Positions 6,505 through 14,338 of a DNA stretch of 14,338 nucleotides are shown here, piece by piece (the first letter of the stretch is position 1; each line of letters opens with the position of its first letter). The stretch comes from Candidatus Velthaea sp. Its GTDB lineage: Bacteria; Vulcanimicrobiota; Vulcanimicrobiia; Vulcanimicrobiales; Vulcanimicrobiaceae. Both the position numbers and the translations under genes were made by a program. Location of the stretch: contig CBDCCS010000028.1 of the NCBI GenBank assembly GCA_965214935.1, positions 1 through 14,338 of the forward strand. The letters are read 5' to 3'. The notes beneath the pieces are model-generated. The model made no database searches, was not told the origin of the DNA, and was given only the letters and a program-made list of their open reading frames with translations.

Positions 6505-9062
6505 CTGTCGCTGAACAGTGCCGCCCGCGGATGCCCCTTGGCTAACGGGGCGGGCGTCGCCGGTTCGCTAAAGTCGGCGGTCCAATGCCAGTTGGCGATT
6601 TCCGGCATATCTTGCAGATGCTCGCGAATGTACGCACGGTGTTCGACCAGTTTTGCGCGGAACATATCGGCGATCGGCTCTGCGGAGTTGCGCAAGCGCG
6701 GAATCTTGTTAAGCGCATCGATGACAAGTTGATAGCGGCTCATTTCGTTGAGAACGAGCATGTCGAAGGGCGTGGTCGTCGTTCCGCGATCCATATAGCC
6801 GCGCACGTGGAAACGCGCTTCATTCGATCGCCCGTGCACCAGTGAATGAATGAGCCAACGATTGTTGTGAAATGCAAAGAGCACCGGCGCGCTCGTCGTG
6901 AAAAGCTCGTTGAACGACATCGGATCCATGCCGTGCGGATGCGCGTCGGGCATCATGAGCGCCATGAGATCGACCACGTTGACGACGCGTACTTTGATGC
7001 CCGGAACGTACTTTTGCAGCAGCCATGACGTCGCGCATACCTCGATTGTCGGAACGTCGCCGGCGCAGGCTAAGACGATGTCCGGTTCGCCGCCGTCGTT
7101 GGAGGCAAATTTCCAGGTTGAGGCGCCACGCGAACAATGCTCGCGCGCTTCATCCATCGTCAGCCATTGCAGTTGCGGCTGCTTCCCGCAGGTGACGATG
7201 TTGATGTAGTTGCGGCTGCGCAGGCAATGATCGAAAACACTCAGCAAACAGTTGCCGTCGGGCGGGTAATACACCCGGACGGTCTCGCTTCTCCGCGCAA
7301 GTGCATTGTCGACAAACCCGGTCGCTTGATGGCTGAACCCGTTGTGGTCGTTGCGCCAGGCGTGGCTCGTAATGAACGCGTTGAGCGATGCGAGCGGCCG
7401 GCGCCAAGCAAACTCATGACATTGCTCGAGCCATTTGGCGTGCTGGGTAACCATCGAGTCCACGACTTGGGCGAATGCTTCGTACGACGACCACATGCCG
7501 TGACGTCCGGTCAGCAGGTAGCCTTCGAGCCAACCCTCGCAACAGTGCTCGCTGAGCACCTCGAACACGCGCCCGGTCGGACTCAATTTATCATCGATTG
7601 AAACCGCTTGGGCGATGAAGCGACGGTCGGTCGCCTCGAAGACCGAGTTCAAACGATTGGAGTCCGTTTCGTCAGGACAGAACATCAGAAAGTTCTGTTT
7701 GTTGCGGCGGAAGATCTCGGCGAAGAAGTCACCGAGTTTACGCGGCGCTTCGGCAATCACTTCGCCCGGTCCGGGAATGTCGAGGGCAAAATCGGTAAAG
7801 TCGGGCAAGTCGAGCGCCGTTAACAGCCGGCCGCCATTGACGTGCGGATTGCCGCCCATGCGGCGATTGGCGGCCGGCGCGAGTTCGGCTAGTTCGGCGA
7901 TAAAGGCGCCGCGCTCGTCGAAAAGTTCTTGCGGCCCGTAGCTGCGCATCCAAGCTTCGAGGATTCGCAGATGGTCGGGGTTCTCGCGTACGCCGGCAAG
8001 CGGAACTTGATGCGACCGGAACGTGCCTTCAATCGGAATGCCGTCGACTTCTTTGGGACACGTCCAGCCCTTGGGTGTACGCAGGACGATCATCGGCCAA
8101 ACCGGCCGGGTCACGAATCCGTGTTCGCGTGCGGTCTGCTGTATCGAGGTAATTTCGGCATACGCACGATCGAGTGCAGCGGCCAAAAGCTGATGCACGC
8201 GGAGCGGCTCGTCGCCTTCGACGAAATACGGCTTGTAGCCGCGACCGGTGTAAAGTGCCGCAAGATCGTCATCGCTCGTGCGCGCTTGAACGGTCGGGCC
8301 CGAGATCTTGTATCCGTTCAAATGCAGGATCGGCAGCACCGCTCCATCTTGCACCGGATTGATAAAACTGTTGGATTTCCAACTGCCCTCGAGCGGTGCG
8401 GTTTCCGACTCTCCGTCGCCGATTACGCAGGCGACGATGAGATCGGGATTGTCGAAAGCGGCGCCGAACGCGTGAACGAGCGAATAACCGAGTTCGCCGC
8501 CTTCATGCATTGAATTCGGAACGTGCGGCCCGCAGTGGCTCGGCACGCCGCCCGGCGTCGAAAAGCTGCGAAAAAGCAGTCGCATTCCGCTTTCATCGCG
8601 CGTAATCTCGGGATGCACGTCGGAATAGGATCCCTCGAGATAGGAATTCGCAGTGAGCGATGGGCCGCCGTGGCCCGGGCCCGAGATGTAAATAACGTTC
8701 GCGTCGTGCTCTTTGATAAGCCGATTGAGGTGAACGTAGATGAGGTTCTGTCCCGGCGATGTTCCCCAGTGACCGAGCAGCCGCGGTTTGATTTGCGCGG
8801 CTGCGAGCGGCGCGCGCAGCAGTGCGTTATCGGATAAATAGATTTGACCGATGCAAAGATAGTTTGCGGCCCGCCAATAGCGATGCATGCGGTCGAGCAT
8901 TTGCGGTGTAAGCGGGCCGTCGGGAACCGCTGCGCCGGCGGGCGGAGCCTCGTCGATTGCGACCGCGGTCGACAACGAGACGTCGAAGCCGAAACTTGCC
9001 GGCCCGGTTGCAACCGTTCCGGCGCTTCGCTCGATGGCAGCGGATGGTTCGGTCGTGCGCAT
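6501..9062 (-). CDS. xfp: Phosphoketolase (xylulose-5-phosphate/fructose-6-phosphate, ThDP-dependent)
   Basis: WRAANYL, KPRLLGHWG, GPGHG, HEGGELGY, ThDP motif GDGESET...LHLNGYKI, LSEHCCEGWLEGY, DHNGFSHQ, GTTTTPFDM. ATG at 9062 follows GAAGGGA. Convergent stop codons overlap the M48-RDD gene in CTAG (6501-6504). Confidence 0.97.
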   Translation of the reverse strand: MRTTEPSAAIERSAGTVATGPASFGFDVSLSTAVAIDEAPPAGAAVPDGPLTPQMLDRMHRYWRAANYLCIGQIYLSDNALLRAPLAAAQIKPRLLGHWGTSPGQNLIYVHLNRLIKEHDANVIYISGPGHGGPSLTANSYLEGSYSDVHPEITRDESGMRLLFRSFSTPGGVPSHCGPHVPNSMHEGGELGYSLVHAFGAAFDNPDLIVACVIGDGESETAPLEGSWKSNSFINPVQDGAVLPILHLNGYKISGPTVQARTSDDDLAALYTGRGYKPYFVEGDEPLRVHQLLAAALDRAYAEITSIQQTAREHGFVTRPVWPMIVLRTPKGWTCPKEVDGIPIEGTFRSHQVPLAGVRENPDHLRILEAWMRSYGPQELFDERGAFIAELAELAPAANRRMGGNPHVNGGRLLTALDLPDFTDFALDIPGPGEVIAEAPRKLGDFFAEIFRRNKQNFLMFCPDETDSNRLNSVFEATDRRFIAQAVSIDDKLSPTGRVFEVLSEHCCEGWLEGYLLTGRHGMWSSYEAFAQVVDSMVTQHAKWLEQCHEFAWRRPLASLNAFITSHAWRNDHNGFSHQATGFVDNALARRSETVRVYYPPDGNCLLSVFDHCLRSRNYINIVTCGKQPQLQWLTMDEAREHCSRGASTWKFASNDGGEPDIVLACAGDVPTIEVCATSWLLQKYVPGIKVRVVNVVDLMALMMPDAHPHGMDPMSFNELFTTSAPVLFAFHNNRWLIHSLVHGRSNEARFHVRGYMDRGTTTTPFDMLVLNEMSRYQLVIDALNKIPRLRNSAEPIADMFRAKLVEHRAYIREHLQDMPEIANWHWTADFSEPATPAPLAKGHPRAALFSDS

Positions 9063-9133
9063 GATGTTTATCCCTTCGGTGCGCTGTGTGCGCCGTACGG
9101 CTATGCGACATGTAACAGATGCTTCGCGCATGC

Positions 9134-9157
9134 GCTATCGTTGAAAAAAGGATAGCA
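9134..9157 (-). promoter_or_regulatory. Putative extended -10 promoter for xfp overlapped by an inverted repeat
   Basis: Minus strand TGcTATCCT at 9157-9149. Inverted repeat GCTATC(9134-9139)-N11-GATAGC(9151-9156). No consensus -35. Confidence 0.4.
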
Positions 9158-9196
9158 TCACGCGCGGCCGGGCGGGTTCGCTTACCGGCTCCGGCG

Positions 9197-9595
9197 TTAA
9201 AGGAAACGCTCGCGTTGACCGGGCGCCGGGACGCTGCAAGTCGACCGGCGGCCGAACCAGCGGTAGCGGTTGCGCGCGATCCACGCATATAGCGGATCGC
9301 GAATGTGCACCGGCACCGCGCGCAACAGTCCCAGCGCCGACCATGGCGCGCGCAACCGGCTCGCGATCCGCAGCGCGGCCTCGCTCCGTTCGGACAAACC
9401 GTGCCGATCGATCAACACGATTCCGTCGGGTGCAGCTGGATGTCCGGCTGCGCGCAATGCCGCAAAGCCGGCCGCGGATTGCGACGCGGCAAACGCAAAA
9501 TGCGCGTCCGGATCGTTGGCGATGATGAACCGGACGCTGCCGTTACACAAATTACAATAACCATCGAACAGGATGACGGCGCGTGTGTCCGGCAT
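9197..9595 (-). CDS. DCC family thiol-disulfide oxidoreductase-like protein (DUF393/YuxK)
   Basis: ILFDGYCNLCNGSVRFI (DxxCxxC), FAASQS, RSEAALRI, RDPLYAWIARNRYRWFG. Start ATG 9595 or TTG 9619. Confidence 0.92.
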   Translation of the reverse strand: MPDTRAVILFDGYCNLCNGSVRFIIANDPDAHFAFAASQSAAGFAALRAAGHPAAPDGIVLIDRHGLSERSEAALRIASRLRAPWSALGLLRAVPVHIRDPLYAWIARNRYRWFGRRSTCSVPAPGQRERFL

Positions 9596-9608
9596 CGCGG
9601 CAGCGGAG

Positions 9609-10690
9609 TCAGCGCGCAAGTTGCGACGCTAACACGAAGGTAACGCCGGCGGCTTGTAACTCCGGGATGAGCGCGCGGACCGCCGCCAGGGTCGTCGGCC
9701 GCGGATGTCCGATGGCAATTGCACTGCCGTCCCGGCGGGCGATCTCAACGGCCGCCCGCAGCTGCGTTTCGGTATATGCAACGTCGGCGCGATTATCGAT
9801 GAACACGTCGCGCCCGGCCGTTGCGACGCCGCGTTGCGTTGCGATCGTTTCGGCGACGCTCGCGCCGTTCGTTCGTGAGTCGATGAAGAATCGATTGTGT
9901 CGGGCCAAGACCGTCATCACGTCGTTCATCACGCGCGCATTAGCCGTGGCTTTGCTGCCTTCATGATTGTTGACGCCGCGCGCCAAATCGACGTCGGTCA
10001 AATCGTGCTCGACTTGCGCATCGATCGCGGTGTCGTCCATCTCCGTCGTCACTTTACCCGGTCCGGGGTTGAGCCCGGATAACGTTTCCATCGGCAGATG
10101 CAACATGACGCCTTTGTTTGCCGTCGGCGGCTTCACGTTCGATCGTATGATTGAAGCGCACGTCGGGCAGCACCGAAAGCGTCAACGCGACGGGCAAGGC
10201 GATGAATCCGCGCTCCGTCTCGAGCCACTGTCCGCAGTCATCGATGATGATCGCGAGTTTCGGTGCCGTTGCCGCATTCGACGTTTGCGGTGCGGGCGGT
10301 CAATGCGCGCGCAATGCGGCGCCGGTGAGGTAGTCGGACGGCTGCTGTCGCTACGCGGACTGCGTGAGCGCGGGCGACGATGCCTCCTGCGAGTCGGCAG
10401 TCGGCGCTAACGTGATCGCCGGCGTAGTGGCGACCGGAGCGGACGTGCTGAGCCGGTTCGTGCCGCTGCGGCGAAAGCGCGTTCGGCCGATGGCGTCGGT
10501 GTACGAGCCGCGGACGATCGTGCCGGTCAGCGCGACGAAGCCGCGGAGGGATGATGCTGCGCGGTGGTACGTTGCACCTGCGGCCGTACGCGTACAGGCG
10601 AAACCGATGACCATAAGAGACGCTCCCAAGACGATCCAAGGAGCGATGGGAGACCGTCCGGCCGCGCCGCCGTTTTGTCTTCTTGGGCAC
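9609..10690 (-). CDS. Divergent polysaccharide deacetylase family protein (YibQ-like) with N-terminal membrane anchor and Pro/Ala/Thr-rich linker; frameshifted as assembled
   Basis: Reconstructed across frames: GTG 10690 MPKKTKRRRGR / shift ~10658 / SPIAPWIVLGASLMVIGFA...linker / shifts ~10355-10300 / KLAIIIDDCGQW...SVLP...EREAAD / shift ~10121 / NKGVMLHLPME, GVNNHEGS, FIDSRT, RDVFID, IAIGHP. Confidence 0.85.
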
Positions 10691-10898
10691 GCTTGCCAAT
10701 AGTTCGCATGTCGCACGCGCGTGCCTTACTGTGACCGGTTGCGAGCGCTTAATCACAAACGGCATGCAAGTACAGCATTGCAAACCGACGGCACCGTCGT
10801 TGCTGCGACGTGCGTAGGTCGTTCAGACGCCGAAACTTTATTTGCGCCGAAGCAACCCCGCTGCGATCTGGAGCAGGGATGCACGCGGTTAGTAAAAG

Positions 10899-10904
10899 TA
10901 TCAT
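10899..10904 (+). promoter_or_regulatory. Putative -10 element giving a (near-)leaderless padR transcript
   Basis: TATCAT in an AT-rich patch, 8 nt before ATG 10913. No SD sequence before that ATG. Confidence 0.35.
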
Positions 10905-10912
10905 TGTTAGCT

Positions 10913-11336
10913 ATGCGGACGACTGGGTGCGCCGGCCGATGAAATACTGCGCGGACCGATCAAATCCAAAACGGTTCTGCCGGTGCTCGTTCTGCACGTA
11001 CTTGAACGGCGGACCCGAGCATGGTTTCGGCTTGATGCAGCGCATCGATGGGATCTGCAGCGGATTACTAGCCGCCAACACCAATACGATCTATCCGCTG
11101 CTGCGCCGGCTCGAAGAACGCGGTTTCATCGACGGCGCATGGGATCATCCGACCAAGCGCGCTCGGCGCATGTACGCAATCACGCCGGCCGGCCGTGAGC
11201 GGCTGACGCGCATCAAAACCGACATGTTGCCGTATCTCGATTACCTGACCGCATCGGTCGACCGGCTGCGGTCCGAATTATACGGTGCCGTTCCCGCAGT
11301 CCCGCTCGCGTTGACGACGCGACGCGCAGCGCGTAA
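10913..11336 (+). CDS. PadR family transcriptional regulator; frameshifted as assembled, true 3' end uncertain
   Basis: Removing one G at 10917-18 and one at 11008-09 gives MRRLGAPADEILRGPIKSKTVLPVLVLHVLERGPEHGFGLMQRI...TIYPLLRRLEERGFI...RARRMYAITPAGRERL, a typical PadR wHTH. As written the frame runs to 11433, into the next gene; out-of-frame stops at 11312, 11334 and 11354 are candidates for the real end. Confidence 0.85.
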
Positions 11337-11365
11337 TCGCCCTTCCCGGCGAATAAGGAGCATTT

Positions 11366-13185
11366 ATGAGTACGTACCGAGCCCCGCTGCGCGACATGCA
11401 ATTCGTTCTGCGCGAACTTGCCGGCGTCGATGAGGTTGCCAAACTCGACGGCTTCGAGGATATGCCCGATGTGCTCGACGCTATTTTGGACGAAGCATCG
11501 GCCTTTGCAAGCGAAGTGCTCGACCCGATCAATCGCGCCGGCGACATCGAGGGCTGCACGTGGAGCGACGGTGTCGTCACGACTCCGACGGGATTCAAAG
11601 AAGCGTACGCGCAGTTTTGCCAAGGCCGGCTGGATCGGTTTGCCGGTTGCACCCGAACACGGCGGTCAGGGCTTACCGCAGCTGCTGCTCGGTCCGACGC
11701 TTGAAATGTGGAATGCTGCGAACGTCGGATTCGCCAACGGACCGCTGCTCAATCAAGGCGCGATCGAAGCGATCGAGATGTGCGGTTCGGAGGAGCTCAA
11801 GCACCGGTACATTCCCAAACTCGTAAGCGGCGAGTGGACCGGAACGATGTGTCTGACCGAGCCGCAAGCCGGTTCGGATTTGGCCGCCGTGCGCACGAAA
11901 GCCGTGCCGAACGGCGACCACTATTTACTTTCCGGCCAAAAAATCTATATCACGTTCGGCGAGCACGACATGGCGTCGAATATCATTCACCTCGTGCTCG
12001 CGCGGCTGCCCGACGCACCCGAAGGCACCAAAGGCATCTCGCTCTTCATCGTACCCAAGCTGCTCGTCGATGCCGGCGGAAACGCGGGAGCTCCAAACGA
12101 CGTTTACTGCGCCGGAATCGAACATAAACTCGGCATCAACGGCAATCCGACGTGCACGCTCAATTACGGTGAAAAGGGCGGCGCCGTCGGCTACCTCGTC
12201 GGCGAGCCGAATCGCGGCCTTGAGTATATGTTCATCATGATGAACGCTGCGCGCTTTAGCACCGGCGTGCAAGGTTTAGCCATCGCCGACCGCGCGTATC
12301 AGAGCGCGCTAGCCTATGCCAAAGAGCGGCTTCAGTCGCGCGAAGTCGCCGGCAAATCGCGCGAAGCCGCGCCGATCATCAAGCATCCCGACGTGCGCCG
12401 CATGCTCATGTCGATGAAGTCGCAGATCGAGGCGATGCGCGCGCTTGTCCTACGTTCGCTGCGGCATCGCTCGATCTAGCGAGCATAAGCATCCCGACGC
12501 TGCAATACGTAAGAGTCACAAGGCATTCATCGAGCTGATGATCCCGGTCGTTAAAGGCTGGTGCAGTGAAACCGCGACCGAACTGTGTTCGACGGCCGTG
12601 CAAGTGTTCGGCGGGATGGGCTACGTTGAAGAGACCGGTATCGCGCAACAATATCGCGACGTGAAGATCGTATCGATCTACGAGGGAACGACCGGAATCC
12701 AAGCTCTCGATCTGGTCGGCCGTAAGCTCATTCGCGATATGGGAACGACGGCCGGTGCCGTTATCAAACAAATGAAAAAGGGCACCGCAGCGCTCGAAGA
12801 GTCCGATCCGAACGTTGCCGTCATCAAAGAACAGCTAGCGCACGCAATCGATCTGCTCTCCGAAGCTTCGCAATTTATCGGAATGAACGCCATGAGCGAC
12901 CTCAACCGCGCGTTCGCCTGCAGCGTTCCGTATCTGCGGCTGTGGGGCGTCGTTGCGGGTGGTTGGCAAATGGCGCGCGCCGCCCAAATCAGCGCGACGA
13001 AGATTGCCGCCGGGACGACCGATCCGTTCTACGCCGCAAAATTGATCACCGCGCGTTTCTATGCCGATCACGTGTTGAGCCAATCGCTGTGGCTGCACCA
13101 CGAAATCGTCAAAGGTTCGGCCTCGGTCATGACGCTGAGCGAGCAGCAATTCGATCTCGATCGCAACGTTCTGGCGATTGCCTGA
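11366..13185 (+). CDS. Acyl-CoA dehydrogenase (~600-aa family with C-terminal extension, DmdC/FadE-like); frameshifted as assembled
   Basis: TAAGGAG SD and MSTYRAPLRDMQFVL start. GTMCLTEPQAGSDL, GQKIYITFGEHD, EHKLGI, MMNAAR, QVFGGMGYVEE, catalytic IYEGTTGIQALDL. Frame changes at TTTT 11615-18 and within 12445-12485. Confidence 0.93.
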
Positions 13186-13189
13186 GCGG

Positions 13190-14338
13190 ATGAACGAACG
13201 CGTTATGGTTGCCACGGCCGATCGAGCCGGCGGTATCCGCGTCATCACGCTCGACAATCCGCCCGCGAACGCGATCTCGTTTGCGCTCTCGGCGCAACTC
13301 GTCGAAGCGATTGCCGCTGCCGAAGCCGACACCGCAGTTCGCGCGATCGTCTTCACCGGCGCGAACGGCTTGTTCAGCTTCGGCGCCGACATCAATGATT
13401 TTGCCACCGAGCCGACACCGCAAACGCGCACCGCACGAGACGTGATGGCGGCGGTCGAGCGCAGCATGAAGCCGTGCGTGGCGGCAATCGACGGCAATGC
13501 TCTGGGCGGCGGGTTCGAGCTTGCGCTGACCTGCGATTATCGCATCGGCGTACGCACGACGAAGCTCGGTCTGCCCGAGATCAAGCTCGGATTGATTCCG
13601 GGCGCCGGTGGAACGCAGCGCTTGCCGCGGCTTATCGGTGCACAAGACGCCTTGCAGCTGATGCTCAAGGGCGAGAACGTCACGGCGACCGATGCGCTTG
13701 CGAAGGGGATGCTCGACGAGATTGCCCCCGGTGACGTCGTCGACGCCGCGGTTGCGCTGATCGAACGTGTCGGCGCGAACGTACCGAAACGCCGCGTCTC
13801 GGCACGGAAAACCGAACTCGGCATTGCCGGGATGGGCTTGTTCGCTACTCCGTTCGTCGTCGCGCAAGCGCACAAGATGGTGCCGCCCGAAGAGAACGGC
13901 GGTTTTGCCGCGCACAAGCTCGTCGATGCCGTCGAGGCGGCGATCGAACTCGACTTCGCGCATGGCCTAGCGCGCGAATATCGCCTGTTCGACGAACTTG
14001 TCCGGTCAGCGCCGTCCGCTGCCCTCCAGCATGTCTTCTTCGCGGAGCGCGAGCTTGCAAAAGTTCCGGACTTGGCGCCGGCCGAACCACAAGCAATCCG
14101 GACCGCGGGCGTGATCGGTGCCGGCACGATGGGCACCGGCATTGCCATCACGTTTGCAAATGCCGGGATACCGGTAGTCGTCATCGAGCCGGCCGACGAG
14201 CAGATCGAACGCTCCAAGCAGATGGTCTTCGGAATGTTCGCGCATCAAGTGCAACGCGGCCGCTTGACGCAAGAAGCGGCCTGGAAACTCGGTCAGTCGA
14301 TCTCGTGGGAAGCCGATTATAGCGAACTCGCCGACGCC
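13190..14338 (+). CDS. Multifunctional enoyl-CoA hydratase / 3-hydroxyacyl-CoA dehydrogenase (FadB/FadJ/FadN-like), 3'-truncated; absent from the ORF track
   Basis: From ATG 13190: ITLDNPPANAI, FSFGADI, ALGGGFELALTCDYRI, LGLPEIKLGLIPGAGGTQRLPRLIG. Rossmann motif GVIGAGTMGTGIA at ~14108-14148 is in the same frame, which runs off the window. Confidence 0.95.
   Translation, partial: MNERVMVATADRAGGIRVITLDNPPANAISFALSAQLVEAIAAAEADTAVRAIVFTGANGLFSFGADINDFATEPTPQTRTARDVMAAVERSMKPCVAAIDGNALGGGFELALTCDYRIGVRTTKLGLPEIKLGLIPGAGGTQRLPRLIGAQDALQLMLKGENVTATDALAKGMLDEIAPGDVVDAAVALIERVGANVPKRRVSARKTELGIAGMGLFATPFVVAQAHKMVPPEENGGFAAHKLVDAVEAAIELDFAHGLAREYRLFDELVRSAPSAALQHVFFAERELAKVPDLAPAEPQAIRTAGVIGAGTMGTGIAITFANAGIPVVVIEPADEQIERSKQMVFGMFAHQVQRGRLTQEAAWKLGQSISWEADYSELADA

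Noticed and set aside
669..9595. One coordinated pathway linking AKR, aldehyde dehydrogenase, DUF2071, xfp and DCC
   Set aside because: Mixed orientations with convergent junctions and no shared motif; nothing in the sequence ties them together.
10300..10353. Stop-codon readthrough or recoding (TAG 10353-51, TGA 10302-00) in the deacetylase linker
   Set aside because: Alternative frames supply plausible linker sequence (VATAAV, PTTSPAP), consistent with compensating indels; all other genes use standard stops.
10730..10757. TGTGA...TCACA as a CRP/FNR-type site
   Set aside because: Spacer is 18 nt, not the required 6.
11615..11618. Programmed frameshift or phase variation in the acyl-CoA dehydrogenase
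   Set aside because: Only a T4 run with no slippery heptamer, and one of many nearby indels better explained as consensus error.
13370..13395. FSFGADI instead of FSAGADI as a sign of an inactive hydratase
   Set aside because: Both catalytic glutamates (GGGFE, LPEIK) are retained; a single substitution here is weak evidence.
13127..14217. Long minus-strand ORFs 13127..13963 and 13537..14217
   Set aside because: Antisense shadows of the ECH/HAD gene, expected in GC-rich DNA; no recognisable motifs.
1..14338. Mobile element, prophage, CRISPR array or defence system
   Set aside because: No transposase, integrase, phage or nuclease motifs, spaced direct repeats, or obvious compositional shift seen.

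Overview
GC-rich bacterial chromosomal segment, mostly metabolic and envelope genes. I found no rRNA, tRNA, CRISPR array or mobile element. Gene order: 5'-truncated hypothetical protein (+); aldo/keto reductase (-); succinate-semialdehyde-type aldehyde dehydrogenase (+); orphan response regulator (-); DUF2071/YqjF protein (-); M48-peptidase-like/RDD fusion (+); phosphoketolase (-); DCC/DUF393 thiol-disulfide protein (-); divergent polysaccharide deacetylase (-); PadR regulator, acyl-CoA dehydrogenase and a 3'-truncated enoyl-CoA hydratase/3-hydroxyacyl-CoA dehydrogenase (all +). About ten small indels cluster in ~10120-12490 and break three consecutive genes; these look like local consensus errors rather than biology. 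I cannot support a clearly new multi-gene system. The best leads are an M48 domain with a degenerate active site (RELAH instead of HExxH, no THP His) fused to RDD and preceded by a coupled Cys-containing small ORF, an orphan receiver protein with an amphipathic tail resembling the MinD membrane-targeting sequence, and two structured intergenic regions.
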